From: Lophium mytilinum
Lineage: Eukaryota
Assembly (NCBI GenBank): GCA_010093605.1
Contig: MU004203.1
Span: forward strand, 388,391 to 452,390
Reading direction: 5' to 3'
DNA length: 64,000 bases
The notes under the pieces are model-generated. The model worked only from the letters and a program-made list of their open reading frames with translations, was not told the origin of the DNA and ran no database searches. Below, piece after piece: positions 14,379 through 25,565 of this stretch. The position numbers and the translations under genes are program-made. Every line of letters starts with the position of its first letter. Position 1 is the stretch's first letter.

Positions 14379-16090
14379 GGTGCCCCCCTTTCGTTCTTAG
14401 GATGTCTGCGCTGCAGTCGTCGACAGGACGGGAAGAGTATGACTTGTACACTAGTATGATGAAGCTTGAGAAAATCTGTATAAAAGGCCGTTTACTGTAC
14501 AATAGAATCAAAGGAGTGTGGGTGAGTTGGCAGGCTCACAAGTGAATCATGGACCGCGGCGATGGGCAGACGCGAACCCTGGAACAGGGCGCCCTGATGC
14601 CCGCGGGCGATCACCTTTCAGACGCTGCAAGTGACAGCATCACGGGAGACCCACAGTGTGCCTTAACAGCCACTCACCATCCCCGCAAACCGCCTGGATG
14701 AGATCGTCTGGGGTCTGGACGGCTTCGAACAAGGTCACACGCTCCGCCGATTTTCATGCCAGCACTGAGAACACCTCCAAGCATCAACCGTATACATTCT
14801 AGCAGCAAAGCAGCCAAGCGCTTTTGATGGCCAAGAAGACGGGGACTCCTGACCGCGGGCATTCCATTTCCAAGGTTCCAATTACGTATTCACAGATCGG
14901 TAGTGAGACCTAAAATCAGCCTCGTGTATGTCATTTATTGGCCGCAAAACACCGCTCCCTTAGACCGCAAGATGGTGTCCGTGAACTACAGCAAACTGTT
15001 TTCAACAGCCGAGTGATCCGTATCGTCCAAAGGCTGGTTTCATTGGAAGCTGGGTGAGATGGAGATACTTTGTTGCACAGTCTCCCTCTCGTCTCCTTCG
15101 CTATCTGTAGTCTGCAACCGTGGATTTACTGTGTAGGTCGTCTTCGGTTTGTTCAACGGCAGAGCAAGGAGATCTCTTTAAAAAGTACCAGTTCCGCAGT
15201 GAATCATAACCAAAAACTGTCTGATGTCCAAACAGCTTTCCTTTTAGCAAATTTGAAACGTCTTGAAACGTTGCCCTTATTCCCCGCTTGTTGAGACCCC
15301 GACAACAAGACCACGTCTCTCAATTCTCAGGCACATGATTGCTAAATTCGGTTTTCTACTCAAATTCTGGATATCCTTCATACATCTAGTCATGTAACTA
15401 AAGTTACACATGTAGCTACTGGCTTCGAGTAACGTTTATTCCGTTTACATAACGTGACTGCGTGACACGCTAGTTTAATCTGCATCACTTCGAATCGCGA
15501 TAAACACCTAGGGTGTAGATCAGACGTGAGAAGCAATCACCTCCTCCACCCAACACATAATGCAAAGCACCCGCTAACCACAGCGGTAGGATTTTGCTTT
15601 TTAGAGAGGCTGGTAATGAATTGAATGCAGGCATGGACTCTTTGAGCATTGAGAAAAATTGCGAGAGACATTCGCCCAACTCCCTCACGGCGCCAGAAGA
15701 TACCTAAGCTACCACCTACTTATCTCTGAGAATCTAATAGTCTAGGGGCCGCAATTGAACAGCCCATGCCCACGTTCAAGTTATACTGCTGTTGACATCA
15801 TACGTAGCACCTTGAGGACTCTCAAGCCTGTCCCAACTTCATGCCTGGTGATGTCGTTTCTAGGGACTGTAAATCTCACACCCTCTGACTTAGACTAAAA
15901 CCTCGAATAAGAGCCATCCTGATGTCCTTTTGACAACATACGTAGCTGCTTAAGGACTCTCATACCTACACATGTTTCAAAAACAAAGATGGCATTTGTA
16001 GGGGCTATAGATTTAGCCGCCCTCCATCTCGGTGCTTCATACATGTATACACAAACATCTTACTCGTACATTCACAGCCGCACCTATCTC

Positions 16091-17008
16091 TCAACCCTCC
16101 CTCCTCACCCCGAAAAAGTAGTTCCCCCACCCCTCTCCCCCAGGCACCTCCCTCCATCCCAACCCAGGCACATACACGACCCCCATCGTCCGCATCTCCC
16201 CCCACCCCTCTCGCCCACCAAACCACCCCCTCACCTCCCCCTCATTGACGTACTTTCGCCAATCATGCGTCCCCTTTGGCACAATCCCCAGCACGTCCTC
16301 CGCCATCACATTCGTCACCGCCCAGCTCGTCCACGTCCGCGCAATCGTCGACAGCACCAGCCACCCCCCGGGCTTCACGTGCGGCATCAGCTTCTCCAGG
16401 AACTCGGAAGGCGAGTTGACGTGCTCGAGCACTTCGAACAGCGTCACGATGTCGAACTGCTCTGCTTCCGTTGCTGGCAGTGGGAGTGCCTCGATCCCTT
16501 CGTTCCGGTATGTCAGCCGCCCTGATGTCGTGAGGAGGGGGTCGCGCTTCTTGTGCGCCTCCGCGATCGCGAGCACCTCGCTGGAGGGGTCGATGGCGGT
16601 AACAGAGCTGGTGTGTGGCAGCCGGGCTGCGCTTTCGGCGAAGATGCCGCCGCCGCAGCCGACGTCGAGGTAGCGGTAGGTTTTTGGGTGCGAGGCCGAG
16701 ACTGGGACGGGGATGGAGGTCAGGCAGCGGGTTATGAAGGTGTGGCGGAGCGGGTTCATGAGGTGGAGCAGGCGGGATGGGCCGTGAGGGTCCCACCAGC
16801 TGCTGGCGAGGGCATTGAAGTGGGAGACTTCTGTGGGGTCGACGGAGGAGGTGGAGGAGTGGCGGATGGAGGCATGGTGAGGTTGAGGTGGGAGGACGAC
16901 TTTGTGGGAGGGGAGAGGGTGGGAGAGTCTGCGGAGGGCGGAGGATGTAGATGGCCTGGGCAGCTTTGCGAGAGCTTTGAGAGGGCTGGTCAGGCGCGGA
17001 GGAGGCAT
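16091..17008 (-). CDS. COQ3: Ubiquinone biosynthesis O-methyltransferase, mitochondrial
   Basis: Single 305-aa ORF with a presequence-like N-terminus, WWDPHGPSRLLHLMNPLR, SAM motif LDVGCGGGIFAESAAR, FEVLEHV and VPKGTHDW. Confidence 0.95.
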   Translation of the reverse strand: MPPPRLTSPLKALAKLPRPSTSSALRRLSHPLPSHKVVLPPQPHHASIRHSSTSSVDPTEVSHFNALASSWWDPHGPSRLLHLMNPLRHTFITRCLTSIPVPVSASHPKTYRYLDVGCGGGIFAESAARLPHTSSVTAIDPSSEVLAIAEAHKKRDPLLTTSGRLTYRNEGIEALPLPATEAEQFDIVTLFEVLEHVNSPSEFLEKLMPHVKPGGWLVLSTIARTWTSWAVTNVMAEDVLGIVPKGTHDWRKYVNEGEVRGWFGGREGWGEMRTMGVVYVPGLGWREVPGGEGWGNYFFGVRREG

Positions 17009-17477
17009 TGTTGAAAGTGGATGGTTTGAAGATTATGTGTGAGATTTCGTAGTCATGATCGGAGCATTGTTCGAAAAGCGGTACTGAGATGAATTAGGGT
17101 CGTTAGTCGTGGTGAAGTCGAATCGATGGATGACGATGCACGGGCGAAACTTTAAAATGGTACAGGGCAGGGGTAGCTTTTGGATGGCGAAGCATTGCAG
17201 ATCCGGGATAGCATTTAAGGAAGATCAGCAGAAGGTCTTTAACAATGCATGTACAGTCACAAGATAATACTGAATACAGCTAAATCGATACCATCAGGCT
17301 GTTTCTAGCTGCTATGAACTAGACGTAAGAGGTGGAAGCCTTCGTTACCAGCTCAAGCTGCTGTCTATTTATCAATTTGGAGCCCAATCTGTAGGCTTAG
17401 TAGGGTATCTTTTGACCCCGTTAGACATTTAGTAATCCTGATCCAAACGCCGATGCTATGCAGTAAGTGAAATCGCT

Positions 17478-18290
17478 CTACTTCCTCTTATGGGAATAGT
17501 CCTTCAAGATGGAAGCCATGTGGGTGTTGGTCTGCTTCCCGCCCTTCCTAGGAGCCTTTTTCTTCTTCTCCTTTGGTTTCTCCTTCACGGCGGCCCTCGC
17601 CTCACTAGCTGGCTTCAGGTTCGCGGCAAGCAGCTTGGTCCGAAGCTCGTCTGGATTTGCGGGCAGGTGAATCTTGTGCCACTCGCTCAGGAAGTCTGCG
17701 TCCAAGGAGTGCATCAGCGTGGGGTCGTTGATCCAGACGCAGCGCGCACTGCCGTCCTTCTTGTTGTGGGTGACTAGCAGTTCCTTCTTTGCTTCCATGG
17801 CGTTGATGGCCTCTGCAGCGTCTGCCCACCCATCCTTGAGATCCTTGACCGTGATACCACAAGCGGACTGCTGGTTCTGCAGGAAGCCCTTGAGCTGCTC
17901 AGGCGTCTTGACGCTACTCTTGGGCTTGTAGCTGTATGTGTCCTTTTTCGAGTTGTACTGAACCTTCTGCGTGTCGGGGTTTCGCAAGATGGTCCTGAGG
18001 CGGTTTCGCACTTCCACGTCGTCGGGCGCAATGTTCAAGTAGTCGGTGATCTCCTTGAATGTCAGGGGACGACCAGATTCGCGGAGGAAGCTGGTCGTAT
18101 AGCCGACCTGCGTGAAGATGTGGAGGCCGGTGCCCGTTTCGCCAGGCTGCGAGTAGACAGTTGAGGTCGCGGGCTTTATGGCGTCGGCTGGTCGCTTGCG
18201 CTTGGTGCCGCCACTAGAGGCGTTCGAGGGAGTTGGAGAGGGCACAGAGAGGTTGCCCGGGACGGCGGAGGACGACTTGAAGGAGGACAT
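17478..18290 (-). CDS. TFA2: Transcription initiation factor IIE beta subunit
   Basis: 270-aa ORF with GITVKDLKDGW, CVWINDP, FLSEWHKIHLP and C-terminal KQTNTHMASILKDYS, typical of fungal TFIIE-beta. Confidence 0.88.
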   Translation of the reverse strand: MSSFKSSSAVPGNLSVPSPTPSNASSGGTKRKRPADAIKPATSTVYSQPGETGTGLHIFTQVGYTTSFLRESGRPLTFKEITDYLNIAPDDVEVRNRLRTILRNPDTQKVQYNSKKDTYSYKPKSSVKTPEQLKGFLQNQQSACGITVKDLKDGWADAAEAINAMEAKKELLVTHNKKDGSARCVWINDPTLMHSLDADFLSEWHKIHLPANPDELRTKLLAANLKPASEARAAVKEKPKEKKKKAPRKGGKQTNTHMASILKDYSHKRK

Positions 18291-18743
18291 GCTGTCGGCT
18301 TAGGTGAGGTGCTCGACAACAGCTCTTTCAGCGGGCGGAGGCAGCGCTCGCGCAACTGTTGATGGCCAAGACCGCGGTGGATGCAAAGCCAAAACTACCT
18401 TAGAACAGCGCCAGCCTGCGGAATGTAGGGCACGCCGGTGGTCGGCAAACGGTGATTGTGGAGTGAGTGGGAGAGTGAGGTGGAGGGACCACCGGTTGCA
18501 GCGACAAGGCGGCGGCTCGTTCACTAGCGTTTATGCAGCCTTGCACAAAAGGCTTGGCGCCGCCCTCGCAAGCGCGCCTAAAGTCAGAGCTGCTCTTTCA
18601 CGTCTTTGACCTCCGCGAACAACCCCAACAAGAGCGCCATTGTCGCCTCACCACCACCCTCCTTTCATTGCCTTCCCTCACCACACACCCCCTTGATCGC
18701 GGTCCTCGAGCATGACCTAGGTGGTCCTCACTTCGCTCTCACC

Positions 18744-21700
18744 ATGGCGGCCGCTGCCGTTGACGCAGCCTACCTGGCCGCGTCGTTTGCGGTGCCCGAA
18801 CCGCAGATACAATCGCTACTCGACAACCCCACCACCGAACTCGTTGCGTCCATCCTTTCCCAGATCGAGCACAAGGCTCGCGAATATGACGACATCAAGG
18901 CTGAGAAGCTCCGCACCGATGTGGAGCTGGAAAATGCTGTACGCTCTGGAGACACCCGCGCCAAAGCCCTCAAGGCCTCGGTGGACAAAGGCCTCAAGGA
19001 GGTCGAAGATCTAAGGCGGAAGCTCAACGATGAAGGTATGTGCTCGCTTCCTGGCCCTCAACACGTGTTTGCTGATGACCGCCATCCAGAGAATGCTCGC
19101 GCTCAACTCGAGACGGAGCTCCAAACCTTCAAGTCCTCTTCATCCAATTCGACCTCCGAAGTCCAGGCTCTGCAGTCTCGAATCACTACCCTAGAATCCT
19201 CTAACCGCGATGCGCTTGCCCTCGTCGAATCGAAATCCACGGCACACGACAGACTTGCTGATGAGCTCTCCGCACAGCACAAGAAGACGGTAGCCCTCAA
19301 GCGCGAGGTATCCGAGCTTGCGGAGAAGAATCAGGCTCTTGAGAATGCCTCACTGAGCACCAAGTTTCGCGAGCAATCTCTGCAGCAAGAGGTCGACCTT
19401 TTGAAGAAGAACAACGAATGGTACGAGGGCGAGTTGCAGACGCGCAATTCCGAGCACACCAAGTTCCGTAAAGAGAAGAGTTCTAGGATTTCTGAGCTGC
19501 AGCGACTGAACGAAGACGCCACCCAGACTATCGAATCCCTCCGCCGTACCGAGACCACCCTGCGACAACGCCTAGAAGAGGTCAACCAGAAGGCTGAAGA
19601 AGGTTTCACCAAGATACAGCAGCTCGAGGAGGACAGGCTCAAAATACAGGAGTCCTTCCGTGCTGAGCTAGACAGTGCTCACCGACTCGCCAGTCTCCAG
19701 AAACAAGGCGCAGACATGGCCAAGTCACGATTGCAAGAAGTTCAATCCGAACTCGCCGACAAGAATGAATCTGCGGCAGAGGAAATTGGCACCTTACAAG
19801 CAGAAGTTGTGACGGAGCGAAATCAGCGTGTGGCCTCCGAAGCCAGAGTCGAAGAGCTTGAGCTTCAAGTGGAGCAGCTTGAAGCTAACCTTACCGAGGC
19901 TCGCAACACGATCCAGGTACCAGCTACACCGAGACGTGGTATCAACGGCACTCTTGGGACCCCTGGCCGAAGTGCTTCCCCGTTCGGTTCTCCGGCTGCC
20001 TCCCGAATGAAATCCACCACCACACAGCTCTATACCGAATACCATGAGCTCAAAGTCGAGTTAGGAGTTATGACTGAAAAGTATGAAGGAGCTTCAAAGA
20101 GCATGACTGAGATGCTCCATCAAATGGAAAATCTTGGGCCTGAGCTAGAGGAGCTGCGGTCAAACAACGAGGAGCTCAGCAATACCGTCGGTGAACTCTC
20201 CTCGCTACTTGAAGAGGCCAATAAGGAACGTGAGCTGGCTCGGAGGAACGCTAGGAAGCTCCAAGGCGACTTGAACGGCCTCAACGCCGACAGAAATTTG
20301 CTCCGCCAAGAGTCACGAGACCTCAGCGCCCAGATCCAACGCCTCCTGGTCGAAGCGCAAGCCCGGGAGATGGGTCTAGAGTCTCTTGATTCTACAACGC
20401 AGACTTACCTTGACCAAGTTGCTAAGGGCGAGCTTCCCGTTCCAGATGAGCTGTCAGATACTGGCAAACTTATCAGTCGGAGGTTGGTGCTCTATAAAGA
20501 TGTGAATGAGCTGCAAGCAAAGAACGAGGAGCTGCTTCTGGGTCTCCGGGGTCTGACAGAAAAGTATGAAGGTGCAGAAGCAGCTGCGAAAGCAGTGAAT
20601 ATTGAGCAAGACCGCGAGGAGCTGGCGAGGTTACGAGAACAATGCGCACGATATGAAGACGAGCTGCAGTCCCTGAATCATCGGTCGCAGAGTTTTGCGC
20701 AAGAACGAGACATGTTCCGGCGAATGCTAGCACATCGTGGCCAGCTCCCAGAGGGCTCAGATCTTGCCTCCGCTTTCGGCCAATCTCTGGACGGTCGTGC
20801 AACTGCTACTCCGCCTCCTGGCGACATGATGGAGAGTATCGAGCAATCTCCACAGGCGCAGACTGCTTCGGACTATGCAAATCTGATCAAGGAGATGACC
20901 AGCCATTTCGATGCCTACAAACAAGAGAGCTCCACCAATCTGACCTTACTCAAGCAACAAGTTGACAAGCTCGCTAAAGAGAAGGGAGAATTGCAAACCG
21001 AGGTTTCGCGATTCAGCAGTCAGCTTGCCCTCGCCCACGAGCGTTACGAACTTCTTCAATCCAATTTCGGCATGCTCCAATCCGAAAATGGAGAATTGCT
21101 GAAGCGCACGCAGTCTCTCCAGGAAGTTGCGGCCAGGCAAGATCTACTAACGCAAAAGACGGCGGAAGATTATACCGAGATAAAGGCATTCAGCGATGGC
21201 TTGCGCAATGAAAACGCGAATCTGAAAGCCGAGCGCGAATTGTGGAAAAGAATTGAGGAACGGATCAGCGAAGACAACCGGTCGCTCCTTGACGAGAGGA
21301 CTCGACTCAACAAGATGGTTAGCGACTTGCAAAATTTGCAAAACGAACGCGAACTTTCGGACTCCGAGAATCGACGACGATTACAGAACAAGGTTGAATC
21401 TCTGGAGACCGAGCTCCAGTCAGTGAAGCGGAAACGTGATGATGAGCTTGAAGACGGGAAGAAGCTTGCATTGCGCCGAGAATACGAACAAGAGCAGAGC
21501 AGGACCAGAATCGACGATCTTGTGAAGACCCTAGGGAACATTCGCGAGGAGCTTGTAGCTGCTAAGACGGAACGCGATCAGCTTCAGAGTAGAGTCGACG
21601 AGATGAAGATTGAACTCCGGACTGCCGAAGAGAGAGCACATGCTCTTCAGCCGCGCCCAACACCCCGCACAAATGGCACTAATGGAACTGCCGGACCTAA

Positions 21701-24700
21701 CGTCAATGAGGATGGTCTCACCAGAGAGCAGGAGCTTGAGCTCGAGATTTCCGACCTCAAGCGTGACCTTGAACTTGCACGTAGCGAAGTTGAGAATACA
21801 AAGGTGCACATTGAGAGCTACAAGGGGATTGCACAAGCCTCGGAGGAAGAGCTTGCGTCTCTCAACGAAACCTATGAGCAGTATCATGAAGAGATGGAGA
21901 ACACGATAGCCGAGAAGGAGGCGAGAATCAAGGATCTTGAGCAACGGGTGGAGGAGATCTCATCCGAGCTGGTCACAACGAACCAGGAGCTTTCTGAAGT
22001 CCGACGTTCTCAAGAGGAGAGCTGCACGACATTCAGCCAGCAAAAGGAGGTTCTGGAGTCGGAAATCATCCGCCTCAGGGACGACTGTGAGCGCTACCAA
22101 GAAACCGCCAAGATGCATCAAGAGGACCTCAAGGCCCAAGCCGAGATTGCCAAACAGGCTCAGCAAAGCTACGAGAACGAATTGGTCCGGCACGGCGAAG
22201 CCACGAAGAATCTCAGGACCGTGCGGGAGGAATACAACACCTTGCGGACCGAGGTTGCAGACATCAAAGCCCAGGGCGAAGCTGCTCGCACGGCCTTGGC
22301 GCAAAGCGAAGTGCATTGGAATGAGACACGAGAACGCTACGAACGGGAACTTGGGGAAATACGAACCCGAAACGAGGATGTGAAGTCTCAAAACAAGATT
22401 TTGCACCAGCAGCTTGAGAACGTCAGCTCACAGATTGCCAGCTTGAAGCAAAGCCGAGTATCGATTGCCGGTGGTGAGGAGGATGCTACTGGTTCCCCAT
22501 CGTCGGGGCTCGAGAGCCTCCAAGAGGTTATTCGATACCTCAGGCAAGAGAAGGAGATTGTTGATGTTCAGTACGAGCTTTCCATTCAAGAAGCTAAGCG
22601 ACTGAAACAGCAGCTGGACCATGCCCAGAATCAACTTGACCAGACTCGCGAGAAGTTGAACTCGGAACGCCAGACCCAGGCCGATAAGGAGCAGAACGCA
22701 CTCAGCCACAGCAAGCTTATGGAGACTCTTGAGCAACTCAATCTGTTCAGGGAAAGCAGCGCCACTCTTCGAAACGAGGCACGCCAGGCGCAGGCTCAAC
22801 TCGCCGAAAAAATGAAGGAGGTGGAGGACCTCGTGAGCCAAATACAACCCCTTCAAACCCGTGTGCGCGAACTCGACAACGCACTCGAGACCAAGAATGG
22901 AGAATATGAGCTTCTGCAACAGGACCGTGATAGGTATCAGAAGCGAGCTCAAGACATTCTGCAGAAGTACGACCGAGTTGATCCCGCAGAGCTCGAGGAA
23001 CTCAAGACCAGACTCGAGACTCTTCAAACAGAACGCGACCAGGCTGTTGCAGAGCTACAACCACTACAAGAGCAGCTGAACGAAGTCGATGAGCGGATCC
23101 GAGCCGCCACGGAAGTTGCGCTAGCTGAACAGAAAGTGGGGTTCGACGAGCGGAGGCAGAAACTCGTAGACCAATCCAAGACCAGGGACAAAGACAAGAC
23201 CGCGGTTATCAACGGTCTCAGACAGGAGCGCGATGGGCTCCAACAGCAGATTGTCGAAGTCAAGACGGAGCTCGAAACAACCAAATCTGCGTTGGAGGAA
23301 GCCCTTGCAAATTCGAAACCCGCGGACACGTCTATGGAAAACGCAGAAGAGGGCCAGGTCGATGAAGGCAGTGCGACTGGTTTCTCACAAGAGGAAAAGG
23401 AGGCTCTCGAAGCTCGTATCAATGACGCTGAAGGAAGGGTCAACCAGGAAGCTAACCGAGCTGTCAACCTTCACATACAAGTGGATGCACTCCAAGGGCG
23501 TGTTCGGGAACTGGAAAATCAGATCGTAAGTCAACTAGAAGACTTCGGAAAGGCAACCATGCTAATTTCGTTCCAGGCTGAACTCCACCAACGCGTTGCT
23601 ACCGCTAATAATGAAGTGGCTGAGTCCAATGCCAAGCGCGCTCAGCTGGAGGTCCAGGTTCAACAAATGCAGGCACAGGTACCTCCGCCTGCCAACCAGG
23701 ACACAAACGGAGACTCCTCGGAAGAGCTGGAGAAGCTCAAGGAAGAGCTCGAGGCTACTCGGAAAGAGGCAGATGACCTGCGAATCAATGCTGCAATCGC
23801 GGCAGCGACCAGCGCTCCTTCTGATAGCTCTAAATCTATTGCCGATCAAGTTGCTGAGCAGGTAACTATCATTCGCGCGGAGCTTGAGGCTGCACAAACC
23901 GAGAAGATCCAGGCGGCCGAGACTCTTTGCCAAAACAGGACAGAGAAGATGAAGAACGCTCTTACATCTAAGCTCAGAGATGGCAAGGAGACTATCAAAC
24001 AACAAATGCAAGAGGAGTATGAAGAGAAAATGGCGCAAATTCGCTCAGAGCATGAAGCGACGATCCAACAATTGAAGACAGAGCATCAAGCCGAGATTGC
24101 CACTCTTCACGAGGAAGGTCGACTGCTAGTACAAAAGGGTGTTGAAGACCAGCCCACAAAGACGGAGCAAGACAAGACTGTAGAAGGTGCTGGGGCGGAG
24201 TTAGGCGATGGTTCTGAGAAGGCACCTATCGCCTGGGATGCCCCAGAATCGGTCATCAAGCACTTCGTGTCTAACCACCCTGTCGTGAAGGAGATTCTCG
24301 TCCGCAACGTCCAGAAGAAGCTTGCGCAGGAGAAAGAGGCCGCTATAGCCCAGGCGGTTGAAGAGCAAGAAAAGATCGCCGAAACCAAACACAAGGAGCT
24401 CAATGATGCATATACCAAGAAGGTTAATGATTATGAGATGGGGGCAAAGAAGCTCAACATCAAGCTTAGCATGTTTGAGAACAGAGCTGCTCGATTCGCA
24501 GTAGTTCAGCAAGCGGCCAAGGAGACTCCAGAACGAGCTGTCAGTGAGGTTTTGGCCCTCTCAGAGAACGTGAAGGCGGCCAAGCCAGGCCAACCCGCAC
24601 AGGCAGCGCCAGCTACGCAGTCGGCAGTCCCAGCCCAGCCAGCAACTCCGGCTCAACCTGCGCCTGCTAGTAAGCCAGCGGAGCCAGCACAGCCTACACC

Positions 24701-25565
24701 ATCGACACAAGCAGCGCCGCCGACTCAACCTCAGCAGCCCATCCCCAGCCAGCCTAGCTCGCTGCCACAGCCGCCAACTGGCCCACACGATCCCAACCAA
24801 CCGTCGTCAACACCATTCGGAAGACCGGGATACGGCCAAGCCATCGGCGGCTTCGTCCCCCACGGACCCGGAAACCCGCAGAACCCCTTTGGGAAGGGGT
24901 CGTTCGGCCAACCCAACCTCCCTGCTCAAAACCGCTCCGGCTCCTTCGGCCAACCTCAGGGCCAGCCCATTCCCTACGGCCAACAACCAAACATGGCCGC
25001 GACAATGCCCGGCTTCAATAACCAGGCGAATATGGGCCGCGCCAGCCCCGGCTTCGGCGGTCCGATGCCCAACCCCATGATGCAGCAGCAGCAGAACCCC
25101 ATGCGACCAAACTCACCCGCGAACCAGCAGCAGCAGCAGTTCCCGAGCCAGCAGGCAAACCAGTTCCGCCAGCATCTCGGACAGGGTATGCAGACGGGGA
25201 TTCCGCGCGGGGGCGGCCTGCCGAGACCGATCGGTCGGGGGCAGCAACAGAACCAGAACCAAAGCCAAGGCGGGAACCAGAACCAGGGTAGTCAGCTTCC
25301 TCGCGGCGGTGGCGGTGGTGGTGGCGGCGGACGACGAGGACGCGGCGGCCAGCAGCAGCAGCATATCCAGACGGGTGGTTTGCCGCAGGGCCCAGCAGCC
25401 CAGGGGAGTCCGAAGGCCTCGATGAATCCGGCGGCGAAGCAGTTCAATCCTGGCAATAGCGGTGGTAGCGGGATGAAGCGGCCGCGTGAGGATGGTGGAG
25501 ACGGCGGAGAGGGGGGACATCAGGGCGGCAAGAGGGCGCGAGGTGGTCCAGGCGGTGGAAATTGA
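18744..25565 (+). CDS. MLP1: Nuclear basket coiled-coil nucleoporin Mlp1/Tpr (Alm1/Nup211-like)
   Basis: About 2240-aa coiled coil with AQQSYENELVRH and LQEVIRYLRQEKEI TPR/MLP motifs. ATG in accATGG context at 18744; in-frame introns 19036-19089 and 23526-23576; C-terminal bipartite NLS-like KRPRE...KRAR. Confidence 0.9.
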   Translation: MAAAAVDAAYLAASFAVPEPQIQSLLDNPTTELVASILSQIEHKAREYDDIKAEKLRTDVELENAVRSGDTRAKALKASVDKGLKEVEDLRRKLNDEGMCSLPGPQHVFADDRHPENARAQLETELQTFKSSSSNSTSEVQALQSRITTLESSNRDALALVESKSTAHDRLADELSAQHKKTVALKREVSELAEKNQALENASLSTKFREQSLQQEVDLLKKNNEWYEGELQTRNSEHTKFRKEKSSRISELQRLNEDATQTIESLRRTETTLRQRLEEVNQKAEEGFTKIQQLEEDRLKIQESFRAELDSAHRLASLQKQGADMAKSRLQEVQSELADKNESAAEEIGTLQAEVVTERNQRVASEARVEELELQVEQLEANLTEARNTIQVPATPRRGINGTLGTPGRSASPFGSPAASRMKSTTTQLYTEYHELKVELGVMTEKYEGASKSMTEMLHQMENLGPELEELRSNNEELSNTVGELSSLLEEANKERELARRNARKLQGDLNGLNADRNLLRQESRDLSAQIQRLLVEAQAREMGLESLDSTTQTYLDQVAKGELPVPDELSDTGKLISRRLVLYKDVNELQAKNEELLLGLRGLTEKYEGAEAAAKAVNIEQDREELARLREQCARYEDELQSLNHRSQSFAQERDMFRRMLAHRGQLPEGSDLASAFGQSLDGRATATPPPGDMMESIEQSPQAQTASDYANLIKEMTSHFDAYKQESSTNLTLLKQQVDKLAKEKGELQTEVSRFSSQLALAHERYELLQSNFGMLQSENGELLKRTQSLQEVAARQDLLTQKTAEDYTEIKAFSDGLRNENANLKAERELWKRIEERISEDNRSLLDERTRLNKMVSDLQNLQNERELSDSENRRRLQNKVESLETELQSVKRKRDDELEDGKKLALRREYEQEQSRTRIDDLVKTLGNIREELVAAKTERDQLQSRVDEMKIELRTAEERAHALQPRPTPRTNGTNGTAGPNVNEDGLTREQELELEISDLKRDLELARSEVENTKVHIESYKGIAQASEEELASLNETYEQYHEEMENTIAEKEARIKDLEQRVEEISSELVTTNQELSEVRRSQEESCTTFSQQKEVLESEIIRLRDDCERYQETAKMHQEDLKAQAEIAKQAQQSYENELVRHGEATKNLRTVREEYNTLRTEVADIKAQGEAARTALAQSEVHWNETRERYERELGEIRTRNEDVKSQNKILHQQLENVSSQIASLKQSRVSIAGGEEDATGSPSSGLESLQEVIRYLRQEKEIVDVQYELSIQEAKRLKQQLDHAQNQLDQTREKLNSERQTQADKEQNALSHSKLMETLEQLNLFRESSATLRNEARQAQAQLAEKMKEVEDLVSQIQPLQTRVRELDNALETKNGEYELLQQDRDRYQKRAQDILQKYDRVDPAELEELKTRLETLQTERDQAVAELQPLQEQLNEVDERIRAATEVALAEQKVGFDERRQKLVDQSKTRDKDKTAVINGLRQERDGLQQQIVEVKTELETTKSALEEALANSKPADTSMENAEEGQVDEGSATGFSQEEKEALEARINDAEGRVNQEANRAVNLHIQVDALQGRVRELENQIVSQLEDFGKATMLISFQAELHQRVATANNEVAESNAKRAQLEVQVQQMQAQVPPPANQDTNGDSSEELEKLKEELEATRKEADDLRINAAIAAATSAPSDSSKSIADQVAEQVTIIRAELEAAQTEKIQAAETLCQNRTEKMKNALTSKLRDGKETIKQQMQEEYEEKMAQIRSEHEATIQQLKTEHQAEIATLHEEGRLLVQKGVEDQPTKTEQDKTVEGAGAELGDGSEKAPIAWDAPESVIKHFVSNHPVVKEILVRNVQKKLAQEKEAAIAQAVEEQEKIAETKHKELNDAYTKKVNDYEMGAKKLNIKLSMFENRAARFAVVQQAAKETPERAVSEVLALSENVKAAKPGQPAQAAPATQSAVPAQPATPAQPAPASKPAEPAQPTPSTQAAPPTQPQQPIPSQPSSLPQPPTGPHDPNQPSSTPFGRPGYGQAIGGFVPHGPGNPQNPFGKGSFGQPNLPAQNRSGSFGQPQGQPIPYGQQPNMAATMPGFNNQANMGRASPGFGGPMPNPMMQQQQNPMRPNSPANQQQQQFPSQQANQFRQHLGQGMQTGIPRGGGLPRPIGRGQQQNQNQSQGGNQNQGSQLPRGGGGGGGGGRRGRGGQQQQHIQTGGLPQGPAAQGSPKASMNPAAKQFNPGNSGGSGMKRPREDGGDGGEGGHQGGKRARGGPGGGN

